The position numbers and the translations under genes are program-made. A stretch of 64,000 bases of DNA from sequence record ON287370.1; one strand, written 5' to 3'. The notes below the pieces were generated by a model. It searched no databases and was not told the origin of the DNA. It worked only from the letters and a program-made list of their open reading frames with translations. Below, in pieces: positions 55,501-64,000 of this stretch (within the stretch, counting starts at the first letter, position 1; each line of letters starts with the position of its first letter).

Positions 55501-58430
55501 CTTCCATACAACTCAAGAACAGTACCATTCTGTCTAATAAAGAGTTCATCAGAATCAGGATATAACTTATCCGATGCATCAACAGGGATCTTAACTAAAC
55601 TGTTACCACCACCAATGGTCACTAATGAACCCATTGGGTAAATATTGGTCCCTTCAATGGCATTCATCAACCCACCGTTAACAAGCGTGGTTTTTGCTGA
55701 CATAGAAAATACACCATAAATCCCAGGAGTCTTACGATAACTCCACATGGATTTTTTCAACATCACAGGAGACTGGAAGTTGACGTGCATGTGATGGGGG
55801 ACTAGGGTTTTATATGCGGATACTGCTTCATAGTCCACATTATAACCGACGGCTGAGTCATAAGGGAATACTGGATCAATAGCACCTGGATCAGGTTGAA
55901 GTGTAGTGGTACCTTGACCGGCATCAACTACTAACTCAAACTCAAAGTAGAAGTTATTATGAGGAGCCAAGTTAACCATTAACTTATATTTAGAAACGTT
56001 GCCATTACGATTCATCAACATCAAGTAGGTGTCGGTTGATTCGAAACGGTCACGACCAAATACACTTGTCCAATCTGCAGTGGCTGATCTCTTATTATTT
56101 ACCTTGAGTGGTTTAGCTGTAACTTGATCTTTCAAGTTCCCATTGATCTTGATAGTTCTAGCCCCATCGGTCACATCAATATACGCCCCACTAATCCAAC
56201 CGTAATAACAGTCGATATTGTCAGCAGGCCATTCAGGTATGGATAAACACTGAGAGAAGAAATACAGTCGGTTTTGGAAGTAGAACATCTGACGATGATT
56301 CTTAGTCCAGCCACCACCAAGTGTAGCGATATAAGAAAGAATCTGATCATCAATTTCTACCGGGTCCACACCTTTAACTGTTCCTTGACTATCGGCGGTA
56401 TCAAAACTAAATTTAGCATAACCTTTAAACTCATTCTGGGTATTGAATACTAAACAACTTGTATCAAAGTCAGATGAGTTCTCCTCATTTACGATCAAGA
56501 AGTCGGGTATGCGAGTGTAGTTAGGGTTCATCCAGGTTAAGGTATTACGCCAAGGACCATAAGCGTGATCACCACTACTGTACATAACTGGTTTATTATC
56601 GAGGTTAGCGTTACAAATACCCCAGCGATAAGTATTAGACCAGTCACGAGTTAAGGTGAGATAGTTTACAGTTCCGTTTTCCACATTAAGTGGGATATGG
56701 CGTAAATGGTCACCGTACAATCCATCTTGGTTCAGTGTGGAGATTTGACCATAGTTATACTTGATAAGCTTAGGTTTAATCTCATCACCGTTAGCAATCC
56801 ACTCTTTAGTATCGCCAACGTTATGTTGATAATAACCAACATACTGACGGTTATAATAAGTATACGTCTTGATATGGCCACCCTGAGATTCAAAGATCCC
56901 ATTAAAAACTAGAGGGTGGAATACATCATTAGTTACATCTGAAGTATACTCAATAAAGCGACCAGTAGGTTTAACCTGATAGTTGTCATCAAGAGTTTGG
57001 ATATTACTATCAATATCTCTTAATGAATCAATCGTAACAGTTGCTGTTTTACCGTCACCAACTTCTTTGGACTTAAATGACAAATCCATGTAGTAGTTGA
57101 TATAGTGTTTCTTATCCTTGGTGTAGAAACCGATCGGGATACGAATAGCAAACTCACCTTTCAAACGGTTGAGCCAGGTAAATGCAACGTGTTTGGCATG
57201 AGAGTGGTTAAAGTTATTCCAGAAACCATCTAACTGCGCTTGGGTGAAATTGAGGATACTTTTGATATCCAAGCAAACACCTTTAACGCCAGTATTAGGA
57301 CGGTTATAAATCTTGAACTTATTGTTCCCAATCTGCCAGTTAATGGTGGTGTACTTATCACCTAACGTCGCAACTGTTTCCGATGGGTTACCAGGACCGT
57401 CTTTTGCAGCGGTACCGTGTTCAACAAAACTATACAGATCAAGATCAATAGCCAAATAAACACTATCACCAGAACCTAAGTTACCACGTTGGATGGTAAC
57501 AATTGGGTTATAGATCGTAGACTCACGAGATTCAACAATACCTTCCCAGTTCTTAGCAAATACCCCAGCATTATCAAGGATATCGAACGGAAGTCTGATT
57601 TTGTTAAAAGCCCTGACTTTAACCGACTGATCTTCAACATAGTAGACACAGTGACGGTCAAATAAGTGAGGTGAACCTCTGAGCAGTTGGTTATTTGGTT
57701 CGATATTAGATTCAGCACGTAAGACACCAGGACGGGTTCTACGTAAATCTAAGGTGCTATTATAAACACGAACATCTGTCCCGCCCCAAGGCGTTACAGC
57801 TCGTCTAGCACGGCCTGTATCAGGTTTTCCCTGTGTCAGGATATCAGAACCATTCATGGCTGGATATAAACGCACACCCTGGTCAGTAGAGAACTGCCAA
57901 GGAGTCTCAGTGTAATAGTTCATCGCTGGTTTTGGTGACTCTACTACTTCACCTTCTTTCCAGTTAAATGGCCATTGCGGGATATTACCTAATTGACCAC
58001 CGGATGCGATTGGCATTAGTCGAGACCTGATATAGTTATCTGGATCTATCGACATGTACTTTCTAACAAGTGCTGCTAAACCAAGTGGGTTACAGAAGGT
58101 ATCCTGGGACTCACCATCCAAGTGTTCTTGAGGTGTAGCCATTTTCCAGTTTTCTTTTTTATCTAAACCCACTGTAGCTTTAGTTTCGCCATGCACCGCA
58201 CCTTGACGGTCGGTGTGTGCTTTGATTGCGTTTGTCGCATCCTGTTGAAAGCCATCAATGACTTTATCGGCATCTTGCAGTGCTTCAGTTACACGTCTTT
58301 CGAATTCAGCTGCATCACCTGTACTTACAGCCTTTGCATTGCCGATTTCAATGATTGCTTCTAAGACGGAACCGAGTGTATCGACCTTAGCACCAGCGGG
58401 CGGTAAGGGCTTGTCCGGATCTACAAACAT
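52533..58430 (-). CDS. Tail fibre-like protein with C-terminal BspA/DUF285 repeat solenoid
   Basis: The N-terminal motif AHTDRQGAVHGETKATVGL resembles phage fibre anchors. The last ~800 aa are ~25-aa W[DN]xSxVxxMxxMFxxAxxFNQxIxx repeats. Confidence 0.8.
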   Translation of the reverse strand: MFVDPDKPLPPAGAKVDTLGSVLEAIIEIGNAKAVSTGDAAEFERRVTEALQDADKVIDGFQQDATNAIKAHTDRQGAVHGETKATVGLDKKENWKMATPQEHLDGESQDTFCNPLGLAALVRKYMSIDPDNYIRSRLMPIASGGQLGNIPQWPFNWKEGEVVESPKPAMNYYTETPWQFSTDQGVRLYPAMNGSDILTQGKPDTGRARRAVTPWGGTDVRVYNSTLDLRRTRPGVLRAESNIEPNNQLLRGSPHLFDRHCVYYVEDQSVKVRAFNKIRLPFDILDNAGVFAKNWEGIVESRESTIYNPIVTIQRGNLGSGDSVYLAIDLDLYSFVEHGTAAKDGPGNPSETVATLGDKYTTINWQIGNNKFKIYNRPNTGVKGVCLDIKSILNFTQAQLDGFWNNFNHSHAKHVAFTWLNRLKGEFAIRIPIGFYTKDKKHYINYYMDLSFKSKEVGDGKTATVTIDSLRDIDSNIQTLDDNYQVKPTGRFIEYTSDVTNDVFHPLVFNGIFESQGGHIKTYTYYNRQYVGYYQHNVGDTKEWIANGDEIKPKLIKYNYGQISTLNQDGLYGDHLRHIPLNVENGTVNYLTLTRDWSNTYRWGICNANLDNKPVMYSSGDHAYGPWRNTLTWMNPNYTRIPDFLIVNEENSSDFDTSCLVFNTQNEFKGYAKFSFDTADSQGTVKGVDPVEIDDQILSYIATLGGGWTKNHRQMFYFQNRLYFFSQCLSIPEWPADNIDCYYGWISGAYIDVTDGARTIKINGNLKDQVTAKPLKVNNKRSATADWTSVFGRDRFESTDTYLMLMNRNGNVSKYKLMVNLAPHNNFYFEFELVVDAGQGTTTLQPDPGAIDPVFPYDSAVGYNVDYEAVSAYKTLVPHHMHVNFQSPVMLKKSMWSYRKTPGIYGVFSMSAKTTLVNGGLMNAIEGTNIYPMGSLVTIGGGNSLVKIPVDASDKLYPDSDELFIRQNGTVLELYGRKYNPNNYETEPNAGVVPCGFLKDSTFTHYDQEGWRNALLPVIDSLRMNYYGYGSSFPAFMGIYGEGKPINRFFLNIKGTTLKWDTAQGRAVPLSGSNAIKINGQAVQPNGTGVYNIPSSYTGIVTLEISGLLELKWGKGLVELVEIGSSVNKLNFKGSTDFTITAELPGNILDLDGTFEGAIGTTYKGIEKWDTSNIGSMEGTFKNAANFNVDISNWDVNNVKSMKEMFMGTKKFNQPIGNWNYHKVLTMESMFEGALAFNQNFSNNSPNSLQSASKMFKGTTAFDGDMSNWLTATITDVSGMFKNAQAFTGKGVPKWVVTHLTNAEDMFSATKVFMTSGDLSNWKLTSCVNLRGMFEDSNFNAKVDNWVLAVDVDCTRMFSGTPTFNQPLTNWNFENIKYATGMFQQAKGFNQPMPNITWTRCVSFNTMFYASVFNSTVKGWKFADANSVAGKNGIDFNYMFAFTKDFNDPDIVDWDTSNVISMEGTFKNTNLFNQPIGKWNVSRVKNMAYMFTSCKAFNQSVNDWDVSNLLYARYMFSETTVFNQPFDKWNTKSLQTIQGMFRAAIVFNQDISMWDTSKIVDMSEAFMKAAKFNIDISAWNTDSVTSMYSMFETAGAFGTNGNKFSLSKWNTKSVRAANRMFAESKYNASVEGCSWGLSADLTGMFQNNTVFNQPLTGWEVNNVRYAKNMFYGATSFNSSVKDLNWEKCEDFSSMFEGATKFNQDLSTWQFNKWLNGIILTAKMFKDCPVFKGTGLDKWTGLNFTSVAGMFQNCTAFEADISNWTINRITNLISTFEGCPSFNCNLTKWDTSKVTLMTSAFKGCSMFNGDISNWNTGMVSDMTSMFMDCTNFKGDIGGWNVKNVIRFTDMFNNASAFDADLSTWDTTTCINYSGMFKSAVSFNKNISSWKTSRAVNMNDMFNGAAKFNQPIGSWDTSIVTDMISMFMGALSFNQDLSKWDVKRVNKHANFDTNTPSWVAPKPNFVL
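52560..54990 (-). repeat. About 31 protein-level BspA/DUF285 (bacterial surface protein 26-residue) repeats
   Basis: Counted by eye from KWDTSNIGSM to KWDVKRV. The repeats are degenerate at DNA level. Confidence 0.85.
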
Positions 58431-58450
58431 GAAAATCTCCTAAAGAAGAA

Positions 58451-58468
58451 AGGGGAGTTTCCTCCCCT
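58451..58468 (-). terminator. GAAA-tetraloop hairpin
   Basis: The - strand reads AGGGGAG-GAAA-CTCCCCT, followed by TTCTTCTTT. Confidence 0.7.
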
Positions 58469-58473
58469 ATCTA

Positions 58474-61400
58474 TTAACCAGTATACAGTTCGCTACGTTT
58501 CAGGAATCGGTAAGTACCTTTATCCGTTATAGCTCCAGAAGATACTGGAATGCCCGTATCACGCTGACGTGTTAGCGGGTAACCACTAATTGTGAAACTC
58601 TGATAACGTTGGATTGTAACAATACCGAAGTCATCTGTCTTGATAGTTGCAACCAAAATAGCGGATGGGTTATGGTGCCTTAATACTTTTGAAACATCGT
58701 ACTTAGCACTAGAACCATCAGCCACACAGTAAAGATAGAATGTTGAATTACGATAGACATCAGTAAGATCTCTCAAGTCCCAGTTAGTCATTTTAGCAGG
58801 CATCGAGTAACCATTGAAGGTCACACTAATATCCGCGTTAATGAATACTGACCAGTTCCCTTCAACATAGGTTGCACCTAACATGACGTATTTATCAACT
58901 ACTACTGGCAACGTTCCTTCAGGTCCTGTCCATGGTTTCATCAAGTCCATTGCGCCACCTGATTCAGCAGCTGGAACACCCTGTAGCCATCCCCATTGAG
59001 GGTTAGCCTGAACTTGCCAACCATATTCGTTAAATGACTGACCAGCACCAGTAGACGAGGTAGCCTCAACAGTTTGGTTGTTACGGACACGCAAGAATAT
59101 ACGTTGAGTGGTAGCGTTACCTGTGGTCTTAACTTGGATGCCTGTGAACCAACATTGTTCCATATTCCTTGGACCTTCTTCTGGATAATCCAGAATTTCC
59201 ATATGCGGATAACAAATGTTGATAGCATAACGATAATCCAATCCAGCCCAAGTACCATCTGGATTAGTTTGATGCTCGTTATACGAGATAACATTCTCAG
59301 GGTTTTGTGAAGGAGGAACTAGACGTTGCTTAGAGTAGTTAGCACCACTAAATGGATAATCAATGGCACCCATCTTCATTACACGAATTCCGTCAGCACC
59401 AACCGAAGCGACATCCCAATTAAATCTACCAATGATCGATCTGGTTAAAGTAGGGTTGTCAGTGATATGATAAATAATGGAGAACATGCAATAAGGTTGG
59501 TCGCTATTAATCCCTGGGTCTTGACAGACGTAGAAACTAATACCCATATCAATGGTTTTAGTGTAGTGACTCTCTAATGCTGTTTTAATCACACCTTCCC
59601 AGATCGTTTTAGGAATTCTGAGTTTTTCAGCATTAATTGGTTTAGCAAAAATTACTTTGGACAATGGCTCCATCGTGAAATTAAGATTGAGGTTTACGAT
59701 AATGCTACCATCATTTTCCTGTTGAATTTGTTTTATGCTACCATCGTCGTAAGTCTTATTACTAAACTGATATGGTGCACCAGGATTTTTAATGATATTT
59801 TTACGCAAGTACCCAAATACCCCAACTTCCCTACTTTTCACATCTTTCTTCTTTGGTCTATTTACAGTAGAAATGTCATACCGTATACCAACAACAGAAC
59901 CAAAGTTAGAGTTAGTCTTACGACCGTAGAGCGGCATTGGAATATATTCAGATTGGAGCGAATCACGTTTATCGTAATTATCCCCTTCCCCACCTTCAGT
60001 AATTCGATAGAAACAAGCAGTATTCTGATCCTCAGTTTCTGCCTGGAAGATTTCAATTGGGCTTTGTCTGATCTTACCATCTAAACGATATAAGTCAGCA
60101 TAGAACCGAGGGAATCCAGAAACCCCAAATGGAGATCTTAAAACCATTTGGTTCCACCAACCATTCTGTTGCCCAGAAGGTGTTGTCCAGTTGGCCGGCT
60201 GACCCATGTACTCAAAATCACGTTGTGGATCACCATCACGATTGTATTGAGTAGATGTCGCCATCAAGGGAGGTGTCCCTGTTTGACGAGAGCCAATTGT
60301 TATGAATCCAAAACCAGGGACATAACTACCAGCATTCATGGAGAACGATTGAGAGTGGTATCTTTGCTCATTATCACCGTTACACCATTCTAACCAACTT
60401 TTAGAAGGATTGATCATTTGGTCTTTTTGGACATCATAGTTCCCTAATTCCCAATGAGGTCCTAAGGTCCAAGTATTGGTTTCACCGTCCCATTCATAAT
60501 CTAGTACTAGGTTAACCCAGCCAGCTGAAGATGAATTGGCAGTCTGTTTAGTGGCGTAAGAGATCGTGAGTATTCTAACCCTTGAAATATTCGGGTTATT
60601 CGGGTTATTCACTACGATGTATTGACGACGGCGATGCGATTCTGCTGTATTAACTGGTGGATTAAAGTTGACTAGTCCTCTAGTTATCTCACCATTAGTA
60701 TTTTCAGCATAATCGATCATTACCATGGATAACCCAGTTTTACGAGTCCTTATTTGTGTATCATAAGTAACATTAACTGGTTGGAATTTAATCGTGTCAA
60801 CATCGTTATTAGAAAGATCCGAATATTTGACTCTGAAGAATCTCTGTTGGAAGTTTGTTCTACCCACGCCAGCAGGTGGGGTGAACCCCTCTGTCGTGTT
60901 GTAAGAAACAATTAGATAGACCCATTGTCCCACATGAGCGATGGTTGTATAACCAGGAGCAGGCGACCCACCATCTGGACCAATTAGTTCATTAAAGTTA
61001 GTCGGTTTAAACTCGTGACTATTAGGATCAAAAGTAGAGTTAGATGGACTAATATAAAACTTCTCGGTAGGTAAGACTGGTGAACCAGGGTCATTGGAGT
61101 CACCCATCATGATGATGTCGTTATTAGAACCATTGATTACATAGTTAGGTTGTTTACCATCAGCAGTAATTCTCGGATGCTGGTATTGAACGTAAGTATG
61201 TAGCCAGGGAACTAACTTCTCATCACGATTTTTCACATCTGTCTTATAGATGTAGTAAAGGTTCTTTACACGACCATCAAAGGCACGGAGCAATCCGATA
61301 GTCCAACCGTTACCTTCCTGACAGAATGCTGAGTTCTCATAGTCACCACCCAAACCTTCAAAGGAACCAGTAATCGGTGGTGGAATGTAAATCCCAGAAC

Positions 61401-62238
61401 CAAAGTAACCAAATGGTAACTCAGACTGAATAATAAAATCTTCAGTATCTGGGGCTAGTTCTTCAGTTAGACGTTGGAGACCTGCTGGTGTGGAAAACAG
61501 ATCATTACGTAAAGCATCGGCATCCTGTTGAGGGGTAGCTGTGGCGCAGTTAGGAACATTGCCTAAATCTACATCACTTGGTTTCAAGTGGTGTGGGTTC
61601 TTATAGTTTCGGCTATGATCCATGATTGCGCCCCAGAGGAGTTTTTGAACATAGTTCAATTTAGCCCAAACTTCTTTCTGGAGTTCTTCTAACAGTTCTC
61701 TTACTCTAGTACCATCATTCTTGGCTCGGTAAGTGAACATGCTAAACAGTTCAACAAGACCACCAAACCCAACTAGTTCATTAGGGTTTTTGATATCATG
61801 AGAGTGCCATGCAGGGTAATAGGTTTTAGGTTTATTATTGATCTGAGTTTCCCAGTCAATAGGTTTACCTTCGATGACCATTTGTTCCAACATGTCCAGT
61901 AAGGTCTTAACAGAGATTACTGGTTTACCTACTCGCTGATAGACAAGATTAACTTTACCACCAGTTGCTAGGACATGGTCTTTTAATTCGACATAAAGGT
62001 AAACAGGTTTACCAGTAAGTTCTGAAAGTTTAGGCACACCCGTTGAAGGTTCCCAATCCTTTCCTCTTACTAAATCAATCCCACCTCTGATTACACGAAG
62101 AGTGTTGTCCCCATACATCGGGCCTTCTTCTGGTACAATCCAAGGTGCTGAAATCTTAGCAAGATCTACAATGTCTTCTTTCTTAAACTCTGCTTTCTTA
62201 GCCGAGTAATCAATATCGACAATATCTAAATCTTTCAT
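58474..62238 (-). CDS. Tail fibre / baseplate-associated virion protein
   Basis: Motif HSRNYKNPHHLKPSDVDLGNVPN is typical of phiKZ-like fibre proteins. Its C-terminal domain is paralogous to that of the next gene. Confidence 0.7.
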   Translation of the reverse strand: MKDLDIVDIDYSAKKAEFKKEDIVDLAKISAPWIVPEEGPMYGDNTLRVIRGGIDLVRGKDWEPSTGVPKLSELTGKPVYLYVELKDHVLATGGKVNLVYQRVGKPVISVKTLLDMLEQMVIEGKPIDWETQINNKPKTYYPAWHSHDIKNPNELVGFGGLVELFSMFTYRAKNDGTRVRELLEELQKEVWAKLNYVQKLLWGAIMDHSRNYKNPHHLKPSDVDLGNVPNCATATPQQDADALRNDLFSTPAGLQRLTEELAPDTEDFIIQSELPFGYFGSGIYIPPPITGSFEGLGGDYENSAFCQEGNGWTIGLLRAFDGRVKNLYYIYKTDVKNRDEKLVPWLHTYVQYQHPRITADGKQPNYVINGSNNDIIMMGDSNDPGSPVLPTEKFYISPSNSTFDPNSHEFKPTNFNELIGPDGGSPAPGYTTIAHVGQWVYLIVSYNTTEGFTPPAGVGRTNFQQRFFRVKYSDLSNNDVDTIKFQPVNVTYDTQIRTRKTGLSMVMIDYAENTNGEITRGLVNFNPPVNTAESHRRRQYIVVNNPNNPNISRVRILTISYATKQTANSSSAGWVNLVLDYEWDGETNTWTLGPHWELGNYDVQKDQMINPSKSWLEWCNGDNEQRYHSQSFSMNAGSYVPGFGFITIGSRQTGTPPLMATSTQYNRDGDPQRDFEYMGQPANWTTPSGQQNGWWNQMVLRSPFGVSGFPRFYADLYRLDGKIRQSPIEIFQAETEDQNTACFYRITEGGEGDNYDKRDSLQSEYIPMPLYGRKTNSNFGSVVGIRYDISTVNRPKKKDVKSREVGVFGYLRKNIIKNPGAPYQFSNKTYDDGSIKQIQQENDGSIIVNLNLNFTMEPLSKVIFAKPINAEKLRIPKTIWEGVIKTALESHYTKTIDMGISFYVCQDPGINSDQPYCMFSIIYHITDNPTLTRSIIGRFNWDVASVGADGIRVMKMGAIDYPFSGANYSKQRLVPPSQNPENVISYNEHQTNPDGTWAGLDYRYAINICYPHMEILDYPEEGPRNMEQCWFTGIQVKTTGNATTQRIFLRVRNNQTVEATSSTGAGQSFNEYGWQVQANPQWGWLQGVPAAESGGAMDLMKPWTGPEGTLPVVVDKYVMLGATYVEGNWSVFINADISVTFNGYSMPAKMTNWDLRDLTDVYRNSTFYLYCVADGSSAKYDVSKVLRHHNPSAILVATIKTDDFGIVTIQRYQSFTISGYPLTRQRDTGIPVSSGAITDKGTYRFLKRSELYTG

Positions 62239-62254
62239 TTCAACCTCGATAATA

Positions 62255-62290
62255 AACTATTGGAGCGATCAAAAGATCGCCCCAGTAGTT
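62255..62290 (-). terminator. Intergenic hairpin
   Basis: AACTATTGGAGCGATC-AAAA-GATCGCCCCAGTAGTT forms a 16-bp imperfect stem right after the stop at 62293. Confidence 0.65.
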
Positions 62291-62292
62291 AT

Positions 62293-63999
62293 TTAGTTTT
62301 CAGGTAAGAAGTCACCAGGTAACAGAATAGCATCTGTATCGCCAATTTCAAATACAGAACCAGTGGAACCAAGTACAGACGAACCTTGTCTGGTAGTTGT
62401 AAATGTAGCCCCATCCAGAGAGAACCGGTTATACGGGATAATGCGGTCTATCTGTGTAGGTCCACAATAAACAGTAGCAATCAAGGACTGAGATGCGCTC
62501 TCAGGTCTAACTTCTAAACCAACCGAGTATTTCGCTAAACCACCACTATAGTAGAGGTAAACGTAATATGTCTTGTTGGCTGGATCAGGATCGATATCCA
62601 GAATGTCGATATACTGAGCAGGAATGTTGTACATTTTACCTGCTAACAGAATGTTCGTCATTTTCTGGAAATAGATGGTATAGGCAGGAGTGATAATATT
62701 CGTCGCCCCAACTACCATGGGTCCTGAAAAATCATAACTAGCGATGGCTTGGTAGATCGGTATGTTTTGATTTGTGGCTGTACCTGCGTTACCTGCAGTC
62801 TCAAATAGATTAAGCCCTTTATCGGTGTTGATCATACCGTACCATGGGGAATGGTCGAGAGATCCGATGATGTTCCAATATGTACCGTACATCTGCATGC
62901 TATTCATGATCTGATGATTGGCGGCATTAACTTCCAGAACAACGTTTACACGACCATCACCATACTGAGCATTATACTTAGAGTCAAAACGGAAATTAAT
63001 AGTGTAAGTCGAATCGTCAACTACTTGACCATTACCTGGGTTGCGAGCTTTATATGGTACTGATGTGCAAGCACCTTGATAGATCTTAGACCCACCTAGT
63101 TCATTAAACCAGGTAAATGTATAGTCATCCCCACCTTGAGCAGCTAATTGGTCAGTTACTATGGTGTGAACTTCAGATGCCTGATTCCAAATAACATCGC
63201 GGTAGTATTGATAACCATCTTTGTTAGTTGGAGTTGAATATCCACCAAGCATACCGATAACAAATGCCGCTGTACACTTACTCCCTTCGATTTTGTACAC
63301 CCCGAATATTTCTCTGATATACCCACGTGTATCCACAAACCGACCAACAGTCCATGAATTAGTGACTTGAGAAGCATTAAAGCCATAAGGTGCGAATAAC
63401 TGGACCAACTGATTACGGACAAAGGTATTTAAATCGAATACAACTTTAGGAGTAAAGTTAATAACATTATTGACCAGCTTGGTTTGCATTTCCCAGACTA
63501 AAAGTCCATCCCCATTAAAACCACGACCTCCATTACCTTTACCTGTAATGTAAGTACCTGCTGAGGCACCTAACATAGACACGGCATAGATATTTGGTCT
63601 GTTATATGGGTTGTTTACACCGGCTGGTTTAGAAATGTTATTAAACCGTACCTGCTGACCTAAGTTAGTCTGATGAACTTCAGATAGGTAAGGATAGTGC
63701 TCAACATTTTGGCCGCCGTATACTGAGATCTCTGGTGGTTTACGAACACTATAATCGGTATTATAGATATCGGCTTTACGAGCAATCCACTGAGGGACCA
63801 TCTTACCATCTTTAACGATTAACTGTTTAGTCATCAAACAGCCAGACTTAGGATCATCACTATCCATCGGATAATAATAGTTCCCAACAAACCCGGCTGA
63901 TAAACCAATAGGGTTCAGTTCATCGAAGGTACGATAACCATCACCATCATAATAACGGTTTTGACCACCCGCCATCAGAATGTTTTCTGGTGTTTTCAA
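62293..63999 (-). CDS. Tail fibre-like virion protein, 5' end beyond the window
   Basis: The frame is open to the window edge. Its C-terminal domain (YFQKMTNILLAGK...TYYVYLY...IATVYCG) aligns by eye with the end of 58474-62238. Confidence 0.65.
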   Translation of the reverse strand: MKTPENILMAGGQNRYYDGDGYRTFDELNPIGLSAGFVGNYYYPMDSDDPKSGCLMTKQLIVKDGKMVPQWIARKADIYNTDYSVRKPPEISVYGGQNVEHYPYLSEVHQTNLGQQVRFNNISKPAGVNNPYNRPNIYAVSMLGASAGTYITGKGNGGRGFNGDGLLVWEMQTKLVNNVINFTPKVVFDLNTFVRNQLVQLFAPYGFNASQVTNSWTVGRFVDTRGYIREIFGVYKIEGSKCTAAFVIGMLGGYSTPTNKDGYQYYRDVIWNQASEVHTIVTDQLAAQGGDDYTFTWFNELGGSKIYQGACTSVPYKARNPGNGQVVDDSTYTINFRFDSKYNAQYGDGRVNVVLEVNAANHQIMNSMQMYGTYWNIIGSLDHSPWYGMINTDKGLNLFETAGNAGTATNQNIPIYQAIASYDFSGPMVVGATNIITPAYTIYFQKMTNILLAGKMYNIPAQYIDILDIDPDPANKTYYVYLYYSGGLAKYSVGLEVRPESASQSLIATVYCGPTQIDRIIPYNRFSLDGATFTTTRQGSSVLGSTGSVFEIGDTDAILLPGDFLPEN

Positions 64000-64000
64000 C

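Noticed and set aside
1719-63422. Dozens of 60-240-aa ORFs on the opposite strand or in other frames inside the long genes
   Set aside because: They are fully nested in well-supported CDSs, lack RBSs and recognisable motifs, and are expected as shadow ORFs from the strong codon bias.
52533-63999. Diversity-generating retroelement or shufflon acting on the fibre genes
   Set aside because: No reverse transcriptase, near-identical TR/VR pair, invertase or inverted crossover sites were seen in the window. The BspA repeats are degenerate at DNA level.
1-64000. tRNA, rRNA, CRISPR array, integrase or transposase
   Set aside because: No cloverleaf-sized intergenic sequence, regularly spaced direct repeats or recombinase motifs were found by eye. 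The hairpin family is dispersed, not arrayed.
1-64000. Naming a specific phage or host
   Set aside because: It cannot be established without a database search; only a phiKZ-like affinity is inferred.

Overview
This is a 64-kb, AT-rich, gene-dense segment of a jumbo myophage genome, most likely phiKZ-related (Chimalliviridae-like). That assignment is inferred from a divergent SbcC/Rad50-like gene and gpV-like spike gene, a phiKZ gp144-like lytic transglycosylase, an internal-head-like protein with G/A-X-E motifs, phiKZ-type tail fibre genes and promoter-like motifs. Bases 1-25041 (+) hold six large virion/fibre genes built from Ig-like repeats. The last four (about 6,500 aa in total) share one repeat module and are cut inside domains at their junctions. 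Bases 25104-51484 (-) hold about 40 mostly small hypothetical genes. Recognisable among them are membrane/lipoproteins, two XRE-type HTH proteins, a LEM-3-like GIY-YIG nuclease, a P-loop/head-protein fusion, RNase HI, an NAD+-dependent DNA ligase, a signal-peptide transglycosylase and SbcC. Bases 51506-64000 hold a baseplate spike (+) and three tail-fibre-like genes (-), one ending in about 31 BspA/DUF285 repeats. A conserved family of GNRA/palindromic hairpins and a three-copy ATATTATC-N4-TGTA motif punctuate the region. No tRNA, rRNA, CRISPR array, integrase or transposase was seen. All assignments come from reading motifs by eye; no database search was run.
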